In this document: piece by piece, positions 40,139 through 50,105 of the stretch
How the letters are laid out: each line of letters opens with the position of its first letter
How positions within the stretch are numbered: the first letter of the stretch is position 1
Translations under genes and position numbers: made by a program
Assembly: GCA_964508025.1 (NCBI GenBank)
Contig: CAZDSF010000008.1
Coordinates: 22,088 to 83,465, forward strand
Direction: 5' to 3'
DNA length: 61,378 bases
Source of the DNA: an uncultured Anaerolineales bacterium
GTDB lineage: Bacteria; Chloroflexota; Anaerolineae; B4-G1; SLSP01
Notes under the pieces: generated by a model
Told to the model about the DNA's origin: nothing
Databases searched by the model: none
What the model saw: only the letters and a program-made list of their open reading frames with translations

Positions 40139-40471
40139 ATGGAAAAGCGGTTCAAGGTGTTGCGCTTTATTGCGACCCTGTGGAAGATTCTCGCCTGGGT
40201 GAGCCTGGTGCTGGGGATTCTGGGGGCGTTGGGGATGTTGATTGGCGGCCTGGCAGGGGGGCTGCTGAGCGACGCGGTGGTGAACGAGATGGGGCTGCGC
40301 GGCTTTGTCAGCGGCACCTTCCTCGGTATTGCGGGATTTCTGGGTCTGCTCATTGGCGCCGCATTGCAATTTCTGTTCTTGTATGCCGCCGGCGAGGTGA
40401 TCTCGGTATTCCTCTCCATTGAGGAAAATACGCGCGCGACGCGGTTGTGGATCGAGCAGAGCGCCCGATAA
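40139..40471 (+). CDS. Small membrane protein
   Basis: 110 aa, 3 TM helices, RBS aaaggag. Confidence 0.5.
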   Translation: MEKRFKVLRFIATLWKILAWVSLVLGILGALGMLIGGLAGGLLSDAVVNEMGLRGFVSGTFLGIAGFLGLLIGAALQFLFLYAAGEVISVFLSIEENTRATRLWIEQSAR

Positions 40472-40483
40472 GGGTGAAGCGAC

Positions 40484-40536
40484 AGGCGGCCCCTGTTCCA
40501 CATGGAGCGGGGGCCGCCTCTTGTTGGTCCTTTTCA
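40484..40536. terminator. Hairpin aggcggcccc / ggggccgcct (15-nt loop) followed by cttgttggtccttttc, between convergent genes
   Basis: Read directly. Confidence 0.5.
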
Positions 40537-41817
40537 GGGCAGGATCAGCGATTCGCGCTCTGGGCCCACGCCGATGAAGCTGATGGGCGTTTCTATCAGC
40601 GCCTCAATGCGTGCGACGTAGGTTTGCGCCTCTATGGGCAGGTCCTCGCGCCGGCGGATGAGGCGGAGATCAGCCTCCCATCCTGGCAGCTCCTCGTAGA
40701 TAGGCGTCGCCGCAGCGATGACCTCGTTGCCCCATTCGGCGGGGAAATGCAGCGTGCGCTCGCCGGCAATGTCGTAAGCCACGGCAATCTTCAGCGTGGG
40801 AATGCCGCTTAACACATCGAGTTTGGTCAACGCGATCTCCGTCAGCCCGTTGATGCGGGTCGCATAGCGCAGAATGACCGCGTCGAGCCAGCCGCACCGT
40901 CGCGGGCGGCCCGTGGTCACGCCGTACTCATGGCCCACCTGGCGCAACTGCTCGCCGGTTTCATCCAACAGCTCTGTGGGGAAGGCGCCCGCACCGACGC
41001 GGGTGGTGTACGCTTTGGCAACGCCGACCACGCGCGTGACCTCTTTGGGGCCGAAGCCCAATCCCGTGAGCGCGCCGCCCGCGATGGGCGAGGAGCTGGT
41101 GACGAAGGGATAGGTTCCGCGATCCAGATCGAGCAATGTGCCCTGCGCCCCTTCACAGAGGATGCGTTTCCCGGCAGTCAGCGCCTCGGCGATCAACGCC
41201 GCGCCATCTATGAGATAGGGCGCCAGTTCCATGGCGGCTTGATGCAGCTGCTCGATTTGCGGCCCCACGAGCTGCGGTTTGAGGTGGAAGAGGTTGATCA
41301 GCCGCTCGTTATGCGCCACCATCAGCGCGCGCGCCTTCACAACGAAGGCATCGGGATTGCGCAACAGGGCCGCGCGCAAGCCGATGCGCCGCGCCTTGTC
41401 GGCATAGGTCGGGCCGATGCCGCGCGCTGTGGTGCCGATAGCATGTTCGCCCAAGGTCTGCTCCTGAGCGCCATCGAGCGCGCGGTGCGTGGGCAGAATC
41501 AGGTGGGCGCCGGCGGCGATCTTCAGGCGCTCGGGCGTCACCTCGATGCCGGCCTCGCGCAGCATCGCCATCTCCTCTAGCAGCCGCAGCGGATTGATGA
41601 CGGTTCCGGCGCCGATCAGGCATACGGCATCGGGGTTGAGGATGCCGGAGGGGACGAGATGCAGGCCCAGCGTGTGCCCCTCGGCGATGACCGTGTGCCC
41701 GGCGTTGTCGCCGCCGTTGTAGCGGGCTACGATATCGGCGCGGCTTGCCAGGTCATCCACGACCCGGCCCTTGCCCTCGTCGCCCCACTGAGTTCCGACA
41801 ATGATGGTAACAGGCAT
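40534..41817 (-). CDS. purA: Adenylosuccinate synthetase
   Basis: MPVTIIVGTQWGDEGKGRVVD...GGDNAGHTV. Confidence 0.97.
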   Translation of the reverse strand: MPVTIIVGTQWGDEGKGRVVDDLASRADIVARYNGGDNAGHTVIAEGHTLGLHLVPSGILNPDAVCLIGAGTVINPLRLLEEMAMLREAGIEVTPERLKIAAGAHLILPTHRALDGAQEQTLGEHAIGTTARGIGPTYADKARRIGLRAALLRNPDAFVVKARALMVAHNERLINLFHLKPQLVGPQIEQLHQAAMELAPYLIDGAALIAEALTAGKRILCEGAQGTLLDLDRGTYPFVTSSSPIAGGALTGLGFGPKEVTRVVGVAKAYTTRVGAGAFPTELLDETGEQLRQVGHEYGVTTGRPRRCGWLDAVILRYATRINGLTEIALTKLDVLSGIPTLKIAVAYDIAGERTLHFPAEWGNEVIAAATPIYEELPGWEADLRLIRRREDLPIEAQTYVARIEALIETPISFIGVGPERESLILP

Positions 41818-41898
41818 GAGCTACCTCCTATGAAAGTATGAAGGCTGAAAGCGGAAGGATGAATAAATGCCGAGCATACACCCATTACGCAGTACGCA

Positions 41899-42318
41899 TT
41901 ACTCGTTACTGTGACTGGGCAGGTCGGCGACGGAGAAACTTTCGGGCAGCAGGTCGGCGAGCCGCAATTCGCGGTACGCGCCATCGGGTGTCCCGATGAG
42001 CACGGGCGTGTCCACGTCGGCGAATTCGCGCAGCACTTGCCGGCAGGCGCCGCAGGGTGTGCCGCCGTTAGCGGTGATGACTGCCAGCGCCAGCACCCGC
42101 CGCGCGCCTGCCGCGACCGCAGAAGTGATGGCGACCTGCTCGGCGCAGAATCCCAGAGGATAGACGGCATTCTCCACGTTGCTGCCGGTGAAAGTTTGCG
42201 CTTCCTCTGTGAGTAGCGCTGCGCCCACTTGATAATGCGAGTAGGGCGCGTAGGCCCGTTCCCGCGCCTGAATGGCTGCGTGGATGAGTTGGGTGCGTTG
42301 TGCTGCAGAAAGGCTCAT
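41899..42318 (-). CDS. cdd: Cytidine deaminase
   Basis: CAEQVAI...PCGACRQVLREF, zinc-binding CDA motifs. Confidence 0.9.
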   Translation of the reverse strand: MSLSAAQRTQLIHAAIQARERAYAPYSHYQVGAALLTEEAQTFTGSNVENAVYPLGFCAEQVAITSAVAAGARRVLALAVITANGGTPCGACRQVLREFADVDTPVLIGTPDGAYRELRLADLLPESFSVADLPSHSNE

Positions 42319-43640
42319 AGCTCCTCCTTGTCTCCGGTCTCTTCCGATGTAGTGGGAATGGCAGTGGCGCGCACCTTACGGATGCGGCGACCATCTGTGG
42401 CGACCACTTGAAAAATGATGCCCTCGTAGGGCAGACTTTCTCCGGTAGTGGGAATATGGCCCAGTTCATTGTAGATGAAGCCGCCCAGAGAATCCGCCTC
42501 TTCCAATGGCAGCGGGATGTTGAGTAGCTCTTGCACATCGTCCAGCGGAATCCGCGCATCGAAGAGATAGCCGCCATCTGCTTCGGGCGTCATTTCCGGT
42601 TCTTCATGATCGTATTCATCTTGAATTTCGCCGACAATTTCCTCGACCAGATCTTCTAGCGTGACCAGCCCGGCGACGCCGCCGTATTCATCTACCACGA
42701 TGGCGAGCTGCACTTTGCGCGCCTGCATCTCTTTGAGCAGCGTATCCAGCCGTTTGAACTCTGGGACGAAGTAAGCCGGGCGCAATATTTCGCGTAGCGA
42801 GGGTGGATTGCGGCGGGTGGCGTAATACTGGAGCAGATCTTTCACATAAAGGATGCCGATGATATTGTCAATGGTCTCAGCATAGACGGGAATCCGCGAG
42901 TGCCCGCTGTTGGCGATCACCTCTAACATCTGCTCTTCTGGCGTGTTGACTTCCAGAGCGATGATGTCAATGCGCGGCAGCATTACTTCACGGGTGATCA
43001 TGTCATCGAGGCGGAAGATGGAATAGATCATGGCACGGGCCTCTTCTTCGATCAGGCCCTCTTGCTCTCCCGCCGTGACCAGGGTCTTGATTTCCTCTTC
43101 GGTAATGAAGGCGGTGCGTTGCAGGGAGACTTCGCCTATCCGTTGTGAGAGGCTGTTAGCGAGTGCGAGCGCCGAGAGGGTGAGGGGTTGGAGCAGAAAG
43201 TGCAGGGCGCGGCTGAAGCTGGCGACGCGTCCATGCCAGCGGGCGGCAAAGGCGCTGCCGAGGGCTTCGGGCAGGAGGTAGCCCAAACTCAGACTGATCC
43301 AGCCGAGGACGAGCGCGGCGAGGATGCGGCCGACCGGAGCCGCCCAGGCCAGTGATGACGCGCCCAGGGTGTTGAGGTAGTTGGCGATGGGGGGCGTGAG
43401 GGCGTTCATGCCAAGATCGAAGTAGAGGCCCGTCACCAGCAGCAGAGGTAGATCCAGCGCCACGCTGAGCCGGGTGATGTCGGGCGGAGGTTTGATGGCG
43501 GGGCGTGTGAGGGGCTCCTCGAGGCCATTCTCTTCCAACTCCCAGCGGGAATAGGTGAGGATAGTGCGCGCGAAGACGAGAAGTCCCAGCAGCACGAACA
43601 TCACTGCGCTCCACCAACCTTCATTCGTTGCAGCAGGCAT
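42315..43640 (-). CDS. HlyC/CorC (CNNM) family transporter: DUF21 TM domain, CBS pair and CorC_HlyC
   Basis: N-terminal DUF21 TM helices, CBS pair (..MLPRIDIIALEV..IPVYAETIDNIIGIL..), C-terminal GEIQDEYDHEE. Confidence 0.88.
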   Translation of the reverse strand: MPAATNEGWWSAVMFVLLGLLVFARTILTYSRWELEENGLEEPLTRPAIKPPPDITRLSVALDLPLLLVTGLYFDLGMNALTPPIANYLNTLGASSLAWAAPVGRILAALVLGWISLSLGYLLPEALGSAFAARWHGRVASFSRALHFLLQPLTLSALALANSLSQRIGEVSLQRTAFITEEEIKTLVTAGEQEGLIEEEARAMIYSIFRLDDMITREVMLPRIDIIALEVNTPEEQMLEVIANSGHSRIPVYAETIDNIIGILYVKDLLQYYATRRNPPSLREILRPAYFVPEFKRLDTLLKEMQARKVQLAIVVDEYGGVAGLVTLEDLVEEIVGEIQDEYDHEEPEMTPEADGGYLFDARIPLDDVQELLNIPLPLEEADSLGGFIYNELGHIPTTGESLPYEGIIFQVVATDGRRIRKVRATAIPTTSEETGDKEEL

Positions 43641-43662
43641 TATACTTCCTTACTCGTGTGAA

Positions 43663-45042
43663 TCACTCGTTTTCATTCCCGCTTGCGTTTGTTTTCTCGC
43701 GCACGCGGGCAGGGACGCCGTAGGCGAGGCTCCCGGGCGGCACATCATGGGTGACAACGCTGCCGGCGCCCGTCTTCGCGCCGGCGCCGATTTCGACGGG
43801 TGCGACCAGTAGCGTGTCGGAACCGATGAACGCGCCTGCGCCAATGACGGTGGGATGTTTGCGCCGGCCATCGTAGTTGCAGGTGATGGTTCCCGCGCCG
43901 ATGTTGGCTTCTGCGCCCACGGTGGCATCGCCCAGGTAGCTGAAATGGCCCATCTTGGCGCCGGGGCCAAGGGTGCTGTTCTTCATCTCGCCGAAGTTGC
44001 CCATGTGCGCGCCCTGGCACAAGCGCGCCCCTTTGCGCAAGTGGCCGAAGGGTCCAATCTCGCTGGCTTCTTCCATCACGGCGTCTTCCAAGACCGAAGC
44101 GGTCACGCGGCAGCGATCGCCGATTTCGCAATTCTCGATGCTGCTGTTGGGACCGATCTCACAGCCGGCGCCGATGGTCGTCGCGCCGCGCAGGTGCGTG
44201 TTGGGCAGGATGATGGTGTCGCGTTCAATGCGGACCGCGCTATCCACATAGGTTGTGGCCGGATCCATGATGGTGACGCCTTCTAACATCCAGTGCTCGT
44301 TGATGCGCTGTTGCAGGGCCTTCGCCGCCACGGCCAGCTCCACGCGGGTATTGATGCCCAAGGTCTCCAACGGATCATCCGTTTCCAGGCTCTCGATAGG
44401 CAACCCATCAGCGACAGCCATACTGATCAGGTCGGTGAGGTAGTATTCGCCTTTGCGGGGGCTGGGTTGGAGTCGCGAAAGGCGCGTCCAGAGGAAGTCG
44501 GCGTCGAAGGCGTAGATGCCGACGTTGAGTTCGCGGATGGCGGCGATTTCCGGCGTGGCTTCTGCTTCTTCGACGATTGCCTGGATGCGCCCGGCGCTAT
44601 CGCGGACGATGCGCCCGAAGCCTTGCGGATCGGCGCGGGTGACGGTCATCATAGTGATGGCGGCGCCGGCGGCGGTATGGCGCGCGCTCAGCTCGCGGAG
44701 CGTGGCGGGGCGCAGCAACGGCATATCGCCGTAGAGGACTAACACATGCGCGGCGCGCCCCTGAAGCAGGGACGACGTCTGCATGACCGCGTGACCTGTA
44801 CCGCGACGTTCGTGTTGCACGACCAGCTGGGCGCGGTCGCCCAACCAGGTGCGAATTTCCGCTTCCGTTTCCGGGCCAACGACGACCACGGGCGGGGTGG
44901 GTGTGAGCTGTGCAGCGAGTTCGAGGCTGTAGGCGAGCAACGGTTTGCCGGCCAGGGGGTGTAGCACTTTCGGCGTGGCGGATTTGAAGCGGGTGCTCAG
45001 TCCGGCGGCAAGAATCACAACGGCGAGAGCATCTTCGTGCAT
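43663..45042 (-). CDS. glmU: Bifunctional GlcNAc-1-P uridyltransferase / GlcN-1-P acetyltransferase
   Basis: Start MHEDALAVVILAAGLSTRFKS at 45042 after ggagga. C-terminal left-handed beta-helix hexapeptide repeats. The track ORF extends to 45231 over the leader. Confidence 0.93.
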   Translation of the reverse strand: MHEDALAVVILAAGLSTRFKSATPKVLHPLAGKPLLAYSLELAAQLTPTPPVVVVGPETEAEIRTWLGDRAQLVVQHERRGTGHAVMQTSSLLQGRAAHVLVLYGDMPLLRPATLRELSARHTAAGAAITMMTVTRADPQGFGRIVRDSAGRIQAIVEEAEATPEIAAIRELNVGIYAFDADFLWTRLSRLQPSPRKGEYYLTDLISMAVADGLPIESLETDDPLETLGINTRVELAVAAKALQQRINEHWMLEGVTIMDPATTYVDSAVRIERDTIILPNTHLRGATTIGAGCEIGPNSSIENCEIGDRCRVTASVLEDAVMEEASEIGPFGHLRKGARLCQGAHMGNFGEMKNSTLGPGAKMGHFSYLGDATVGAEANIGAGTITCNYDGRRKHPTVIGAGAFIGSDTLLVAPVEIGAGAKTGAGSVVTHDVPPGSLAYGVPARVREKTNASGNENE

Positions 45043-45050
45043 GAGGGCGT

Positions 45051-45140
45051 CTCCTCCAAAATAGTAATTGGTGAGCCGTGAGGGGGTGAGCAGTTTGGGC
45101 ACGGTGAACTGCGTTCTGCTCACTGCGCTCCGCGCTCTGC
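45051..45140 (-). promoter_or_regulatory. Conserved 5'-leader element, copy C (minus strand): ..GCGCAGTGAGCAG..CTGCTCAC..TCACCAATTACTATTTTGGAGGAG, 8 nt before the glmU ATG
   Basis: The reverse complement of 45051-45140 aligns with copies A and B (identical GCAGTGAGCAG, CTGCTCAC, TCACCA(G/A)TTACTATTTT). It heads the glmU-corC-cdd-purA gene string. Confidence 0.5.
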
Positions 45141-45306
45141 GAACTATTTCATCATAAACAAAAAAAGACCCGTTCGCCAGCCATCCACTGGTGTTTCCAG
45201 GTCTTATGGAATCCTCACTCTGTTGGTTCATGTGATTTTAGAATTACCTTGAGTCAAATTATAGCATACTGGAAGGGAAGCGCAACTATAAGGCGGTGTT
45301 TTGGTA

Positions 45307-45334
45307 TTGCTCAGGTCTTTCTTTCAGGTATAAT
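45307..45334 (+). promoter_or_regulatory. Candidate promoter TTGCTC-N16-TATAAT
   Basis: ttgctcaggtctttctttcaggtataat, in an AT-rich intergenic region. Confidence 0.4.
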
Positions 45335-45467
45335 ACTGCGATGCTGGCAGGCAAGTGGCGTGTAGTACCCGGCGCTGAAGAAAAACACAGCTCAGGGATG
45401 TCGGTCATTCTACAGTGTGCAGCACTCGTAGTTCCGAATGCCCTTGCTGCCTTGTGAAGTGAGATTG

Positions 45468-46706
45468 ATGCAGCCGAATCGCAAACAGATTTTTTATGGC
45501 GCTGCTGCCCTGTTGATTATAGCCGGGGCGGCATTGATGTTGTTGGGCGCGCTCTCACCGCGCAGTAACGCTCCGGGTGCGCCGCCCTCATCTGTTACGC
45601 TTACACCGGAGATCGGCGTTGATGTTCCCCTTGCGCCCACTTCGGCAGGTACAGCCACGCCTGAGCCGCTTGTCCCTACGCCGACCGCTACACCCGTGGT
45701 GCTTGCAGAATCTCTTCTGACTGTTACAGTCGCGCCGCCGCCGGCCGATGTCATAGCTGGCTCTTTCCGCATGCCAGAACGCGAGCGCTGGCGCGTGGGG
45801 ATTTCGCTGCCGCAGCTCGCAACAACGCTCGATCCTGCCACGGAAATGCATTTGCGCGCCTTGCGCGTGGGTTGGGTGATGAACTGGTGGGGGGATTTAC
45901 CGCCCGCAATGCCGCTGGGAGTGCGCTACGCGCGCACGGTGCGTTTCAAGTACGGTGTGCTGATGCCGGAGGCGCATCAGCTAATAGACCTCGCCCGTGA
46001 GAATCCCGGTGCGCTCTGGCTCATCAGTAACGAGGCTGATGTACGCTGGCAGGATAATGTGGATGCCGTGACCTATGCGCGGCTCTATCACGAGGCTTAT
46101 ACCGCGATCAAGGCGGGCGATTCCAGTGCGGTCGTCGCCGCCGGCGGCATAGCGCAGCCCTCGCCGCTACGATTGCGCTATCTGGATGCCGTTCGCGCGG
46201 CGTATCTGGAGATTTACGGCGCGCCTCTGCCGATGGATGCCTGGCATATCCACAACTATATGTTACGCGAGGAGCGCGATTCCTGGGGAGTAGATATTCC
46301 GCCGGGAATGCCCGATGATCGCGGCGTTCTTTATGAGATTGAAGATTCAGGCAATCTGGAGCTTTTTCAGGAGCAGATTGTGGCTTTTCGCGCCTGGATG
46401 GCGGCGCATGGGTATCGGGATTTGCCGCTGATCATCTCGGAATTTGGCATTGCGATGCCGGAGGATTACGGCTTCTCGCCGGAGCGGGTACAGGTGTTTC
46501 TGCGCGAGACATGGCGCTTTTTTGCTACGGCAACGGATACCGAACTTGGGCATCCCGGTGATGGGTATCGGTTGGTACAACAGTGGTGCTGGTATGGATT
46601 GACTGACACCATGTACCCAACAGGCAACCTTATCGAACCGGAAACGGGTGCATGGACGCATCTTGGGCGGGCGTGGCTGGCGATTGTTGGCGTGCCGCTG
46701 GATTGA
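45468..46706 (+). CDS. Membrane-anchored clan GH-A glycoside-hydrolase-like protein (Glyco_hydro_cc-like) with PT-rich linker
   Basis: N-terminal TM, TPEPLVPTPTATP linker, ISNEAD (acid/base NE), IISEFG (nucleophile). Clear paralog of the 55328 gene. Confidence 0.6.
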   Translation: MQPNRKQIFYGAAALLIIAGAALMLLGALSPRSNAPGAPPSSVTLTPEIGVDVPLAPTSAGTATPEPLVPTPTATPVVLAESLLTVTVAPPPADVIAGSFRMPERERWRVGISLPQLATTLDPATEMHLRALRVGWVMNWWGDLPPAMPLGVRYARTVRFKYGVLMPEAHQLIDLARENPGALWLISNEADVRWQDNVDAVTYARLYHEAYTAIKAGDSSAVVAAGGIAQPSPLRLRYLDAVRAAYLEIYGAPLPMDAWHIHNYMLREERDSWGVDIPPGMPDDRGVLYEIEDSGNLELFQEQIVAFRAWMAAHGYRDLPLIISEFGIAMPEDYGFSPERVQVFLRETWRFFATATDTELGHPGDGYRLVQQWCWYGLTDTMYPTGNLIEPETGAWTHLGRAWLAIVGVPLD

Positions 46707-46715
46707 GAGGCCAGG

Positions 46716-47753
46716 GTGGAGGGAAACGGTATTCACGCATCGAAAACGGCTCCCGGCGCCGGATGGCTGCGGGTAGCGCGCTGGCTGCTGGCACTTGTGG
46801 TCGCCGCGCTCTCAATCTGGTGGCTATTGACCCGTGATCTGGATTGGCGCGAGGTCATGGCGGCGCTCCGCACGGCCAATTATGGCTGGGTATTGCTCGG
46901 CGTGGGGGCGGTGATAGGGACGGCATTGGCGCGGGCGCAGCGGTGGCGGTTGCTGCTGTGGCAGGCAGATGTGGGGCTGAAAGCCGCGTTGACGGGGCTG
47001 TTGGTGGGGCAGGTTGGCAATATGATTGTGCCTCGCGGCGGCGATGTGGTGCGGGCGGTGTGGATCGCCCCGGAGAAGCGCACCGGCGCGCCGGAGGCGC
47101 TGGGAGCTATCGTGGTGGAGAAATTCGCCGATCTGTTGGCGCTGTTTGGTTGCGGCTTATTGCTCTTGTTATGGGGCCCTTCCCCGGACTGGTTAACGCG
47201 CTCGACGGAACGGCTGGCTGTTGTGTTGGCGGTGGGGTTGCTAGGGTTGCTGGTGATCTTCTATTGGCGCCCGACGTTGTTGGAACGTATCGCGGGGAAG
47301 CTTGCGGCGCCGCTGGGCGCTTGGGGCCACAAGGGGCTACACCTGGCTCGCCGAATGGGGCGCGGATTGGCCTCGGTGCGCCAACCGGCAATCGTTGCGC
47401 AGGTGTTAGTGTGGACGGTGTTCTACTGGGGGCTGGGCATTGCTACGAATTGGTTGGTGTTGCAGGCTTTCGATGCGCCGAATAGTTTTGGCATTCCGGC
47501 GCTGTCTACCGCGGTGTTGCTGATGGTGGCGCTGATGGCGGGCGCAGCGATTCCCGTGCCCGTTGGTCTGGGGGTGTTCGAAGGAATCTGTGTGGCGGTG
47601 TTGACTGCGGCGGGCATTTCGCCGGATGTGGCGTTAGCGGCGGGAGTGGTGCTGCATGTGACGGTGATGGGGCCGCCGGTACTCCTGGCGCTGCTGCTGG
47701 CGCTGCTTTCGGGACGCAATCTCTATAGAAGGACGGCGCATGAAAGAGCCTGA
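46716..47753 (+). CDS. Flippase-like membrane protein (lysylphosphatidylglycerol-synthase TM region / UPF0104 family)
   Basis: GTG start. 8 TM helices. LRTANYGWVLLGVGAVIGTALARAQRWRLLL pattern typical of PF03706. Confidence 0.6.
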   Translation: MEGNGIHASKTAPGAGWLRVARWLLALVVAALSIWWLLTRDLDWREVMAALRTANYGWVLLGVGAVIGTALARAQRWRLLLWQADVGLKAALTGLLVGQVGNMIVPRGGDVVRAVWIAPEKRTGAPEALGAIVVEKFADLLALFGCGLLLLLWGPSPDWLTRSTERLAVVLAVGLLGLLVIFYWRPTLLERIAGKLAAPLGAWGHKGLHLARRMGRGLASVRQPAIVAQVLVWTVFYWGLGIATNWLVLQAFDAPNSFGIPALSTAVLLMVALMAGAAIPVPVGLGVFEGICVAVLTAAGISPDVALAAGVVLHVTVMGPPVLLALLLALLSGRNLYRRTAHERA

Positions 47754-48726
47754 GATTTCGATCATCATTCCCGCGTATCAGGCGGCGGATATTATTGGGG
47801 ACTGTGTTGCCGCGTTGCATCAACAGACGTTTCCGCGGGCGCGTTATGAGATTTTGGTCGTAGATGACGCTTCGACGGATGGGACGGCAGCGGCAGCGCA
47901 AGCAGCGGGCGCGGATCGGGTGCTGACGATTGCGCATCAAGGGCCTTCGGGGGCGCGGAATGCCGGCGTCGCGGCGGCGCGGGGTGGGATTGTGCTGTTC
48001 ACGGATGCGGACTGTGTTCCCGGCCCGGAGTGGGTGGCGCGCATGGCTGCGCCTTTCGACGATCCGGCGGTGATGGGCGCCAAGGGCACCTATCGCACCC
48101 GGCAACCGGGGCTGATGGCGCATCTGGTGCAGCTGGAATTTGAGATCCGCTACGCGCGCATGGCGCGCTTGCCGCAGATTGACTTTGTGGATACCTACGC
48201 GGCGGCGTATCGCCGGGCGTTGTTGCAGGCGTGCGGCGGCTTCGATACCGCTTTTCCGATCCCTTCTGCGGAGGATGTGGAGCTCTCGTTCCGGCTGGCG
48301 CGGCAGGGGAATCGTTTTGTCTTTGTTTCTGATGCGTGGGTGTGGCATCGGCATCCCAGCCGGTTGCGCCAGTACCTGCTGCGCAAGGGACGCTATGGTT
48401 ACTGGCGCGCGCTGCTCTATCTGCGCTATCCCGACAAAGCCGGCGGCGATGCGCATACGGATCCCATGCTTAAATGGCAGCTGTTGCTGGCAGCGCTGCT
48501 GTTGTTGCTGCTGGCGGGCGGCGCGCTATGGTCGCCGCTCTGGATTGGCGCGCTGGCGGCGTTGCTGGGTTTTCTGCTCACCACGCTTCCTTTTGTGCGC
48601 TGGGCCTGGACGCGGGATCGCGCGGTGGCGCTGGTCTGGCCCTGGGTCACGCTGATACGCTCGGTGGTGCAGGGCGTTGGGTTGGCCTGGGGACTGTTGC
48701 GGCACGGCTTGTTATCCAGAGTATGA
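47740..48726 (+). CDS. GT2 glycosyltransferase with C-terminal TM helices (polyprenyl-phosphate sugar synthase-like, GtrB/Ppm1 type)
   Basis: ISIIIPAYQ...ILVVDDASTDGT...LFTDADCVP, then two C-terminal TM helices. Confidence 0.85.
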   Translation: MKEPEISIIIPAYQAADIIGDCVAALHQQTFPRARYEILVVDDASTDGTAAAAQAAGADRVLTIAHQGPSGARNAGVAAARGGIVLFTDADCVPGPEWVARMAAPFDDPAVMGAKGTYRTRQPGLMAHLVQLEFEIRYARMARLPQIDFVDTYAAAYRRALLQACGGFDTAFPIPSAEDVELSFRLARQGNRFVFVSDAWVWHRHPSRLRQYLLRKGRYGYWRALLYLRYPDKAGGDAHTDPMLKWQLLLAALLLLLLAGGALWSPLWIGALAALLGFLLTTLPFVRWAWTRDRAVALVWPWVTLIRSVVQGVGLAWGLLRHGLLSRV

Positions 48727-50105
48727 TGAGGCGCGGCGAGGCGGCAGCAAGCGGCGCTGTAAGACGAGCGGGTGGGATTATCGGCGGGGTCGCCGGAGCC
48801 GCGCTGACAGTCTTCATCCTCACGGGGGCGCGGGATCTCACATGGGCGCACTGGGGCGCGGATGGCGGGGATTTTATCGCGGCGGCGGTCATGGGACGCG
48901 CGCCCCATCCGCCGGGATTTCCGGTCTACATGGCGCTGGCGCGGTTGGCGATGCGGTTGCCCTTTGGGACGTCGGCCTGGCGCATGAATCTGCTCTCGGC
49001 AGTGATGGCAGCCGCAACTGTGGGGCTTTTCGCTGCTCTGGTGTTGCGCCGTGGGAAGGATCCCGTTGTTGCCGTTGTGTCCGCGCTGGCGCTTGCTTTT
49101 GCGCCGCTTCTGTGGTCGCAAGCCCTCATCACGGAAGTGTACACCACAGCCGCTTTCTTCGCCGTTCTGACCCTATTCCTGGCATGGACATTGCCGCGCG
49201 AGAATCCAGGCATCTTTGTGGGTGGTCTGGCGTGGGGCTTGGGGCTGGCGGCGCATCCTACGCTGATTTTTCTCGCGCCGTTGTGGTGGGGGATACCGCG
49301 ACGCTCCATCCCGGCGTTGGTCGGCGGCGTAGCGATTGCTCTGCTGCCTTATGCGTTGCTGCCGTTATGGGTTTCTGGGCCGCAGCCGTGGGGGGATTTG
49401 CGCACCGTTGCAGGTTGGTGGGAGTTTGTGACAGCGCGCTTGTATTGGGGCTATGCTTTCGCGCTACCGTTGCCGGATTGGCCCCGGCGACTGTTGGCAT
49501 GGGGCGCGTTGCTGGCGCGGCAGTTCACGCCACCGGGCGCGTTGTTGGGGGTGCTGGGTCTTGGGGCTTTGTGGCAGCAGGAGAAGACGTTGCTATGGCG
49601 CACCGGTTTGGCTTTCGGCGCGGCGAGCCTGTATGCCGTTGGTTACAATACCGCCGATTCACTGGTATATCTAGTGGTGTTTCTGGCGTTGCCGGCGCTG
49701 TGGCTGGCAGAGGGGCTGGCATGGCTTGCGCGGCAACCGGGATGGGGGAACGCGCGGTGGGGCGCGGTGGTGCTGCCGTTGGCGGCATTGCTTTGGCATT
49801 GGGGGCCGCTTGACGTGCGCCAGGATGTAGCGGCGCGCCAGTGGTGGGAAGCGGTCATGGCTCAGGCGCCTGCGGAGGCGGTGCTGGTGACGGCGGAAGA
49901 TGCGCATACCTTCACGCTCTGGTATGCACAAGAGGTCTTGGGGGTGCGGCCCGACGTCACTGTGGTGGATCGGGATCTGTGGGCGCAGCCGGGTTATCGT
50001 GACTTCATCGCGTCGCAGCGGGGGCAGCCGGCGATATCTCTGGAGGCCCTGGCGGTGGGACGCGCTTTGTGTGATGTGACAGCTACAGGAGTGACGTGCC
50101 CGTGA
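48723..50105 (+). CDS. DUF2723 (TMEM260-like) GT-C fold membrane glycosyltransferase
   Basis: ATGA overlap with the GT2 stop. DFIAAAVMGRAPHPPGFPVYMALARL...WRMNLLSA. 10+ TM helices. Confidence 0.65.
   Translation: MMRRGEAAASGAVRRAGGIIGGVAGAALTVFILTGARDLTWAHWGADGGDFIAAAVMGRAPHPPGFPVYMALARLAMRLPFGTSAWRMNLLSAVMAAATVGLFAALVLRRGKDPVVAVVSALALAFAPLLWSQALITEVYTTAAFFAVLTLFLAWTLPRENPGIFVGGLAWGLGLAAHPTLIFLAPLWWGIPRRSIPALVGGVAIALLPYALLPLWVSGPQPWGDLRTVAGWWEFVTARLYWGYAFALPLPDWPRRLLAWGALLARQFTPPGALLGVLGLGALWQQEKTLLWRTGLAFGAASLYAVGYNTADSLVYLVVFLALPALWLAEGLAWLARQPGWGNARWGAVVLPLAALLWHWGPLDVRQDVAARQWWEAVMAQAPAEAVLVTAEDAHTFTLWYAQEVLGVRPDVTVVDRDLWAQPGYRDFIASQRGQPAISLEALAVGRALCDVTATGVTCP

Noticed and set aside
45051-45140. 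glmS-type ribozyme or riboswitch ahead of glmU
   Set aside because: The glmS ribozyme regulates glmS, not glmU. The sequence instead matches the window's own repeated leader element.
43663-45231. Track ORF extending glmU to 522 aa (start 45231)
   Set aside because: A strong RBS (ggagga) and the typical GlmU N-terminus (MHEDALAVVILAAG) are at 45042. The extension would translate through the conserved leader element.
50091-50105. Apparent one-base discrepancy between the printed sequence and the track ORFs 48474-50105 / 50096-52102
   Set aside because: My hand translation of 50096-50101 gives gcc where the track implies ccc. The downstream frame (50114 onward) agrees with the track, so this is most likely a reading slip. 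It is not reported as a frameshift or pseudogene.
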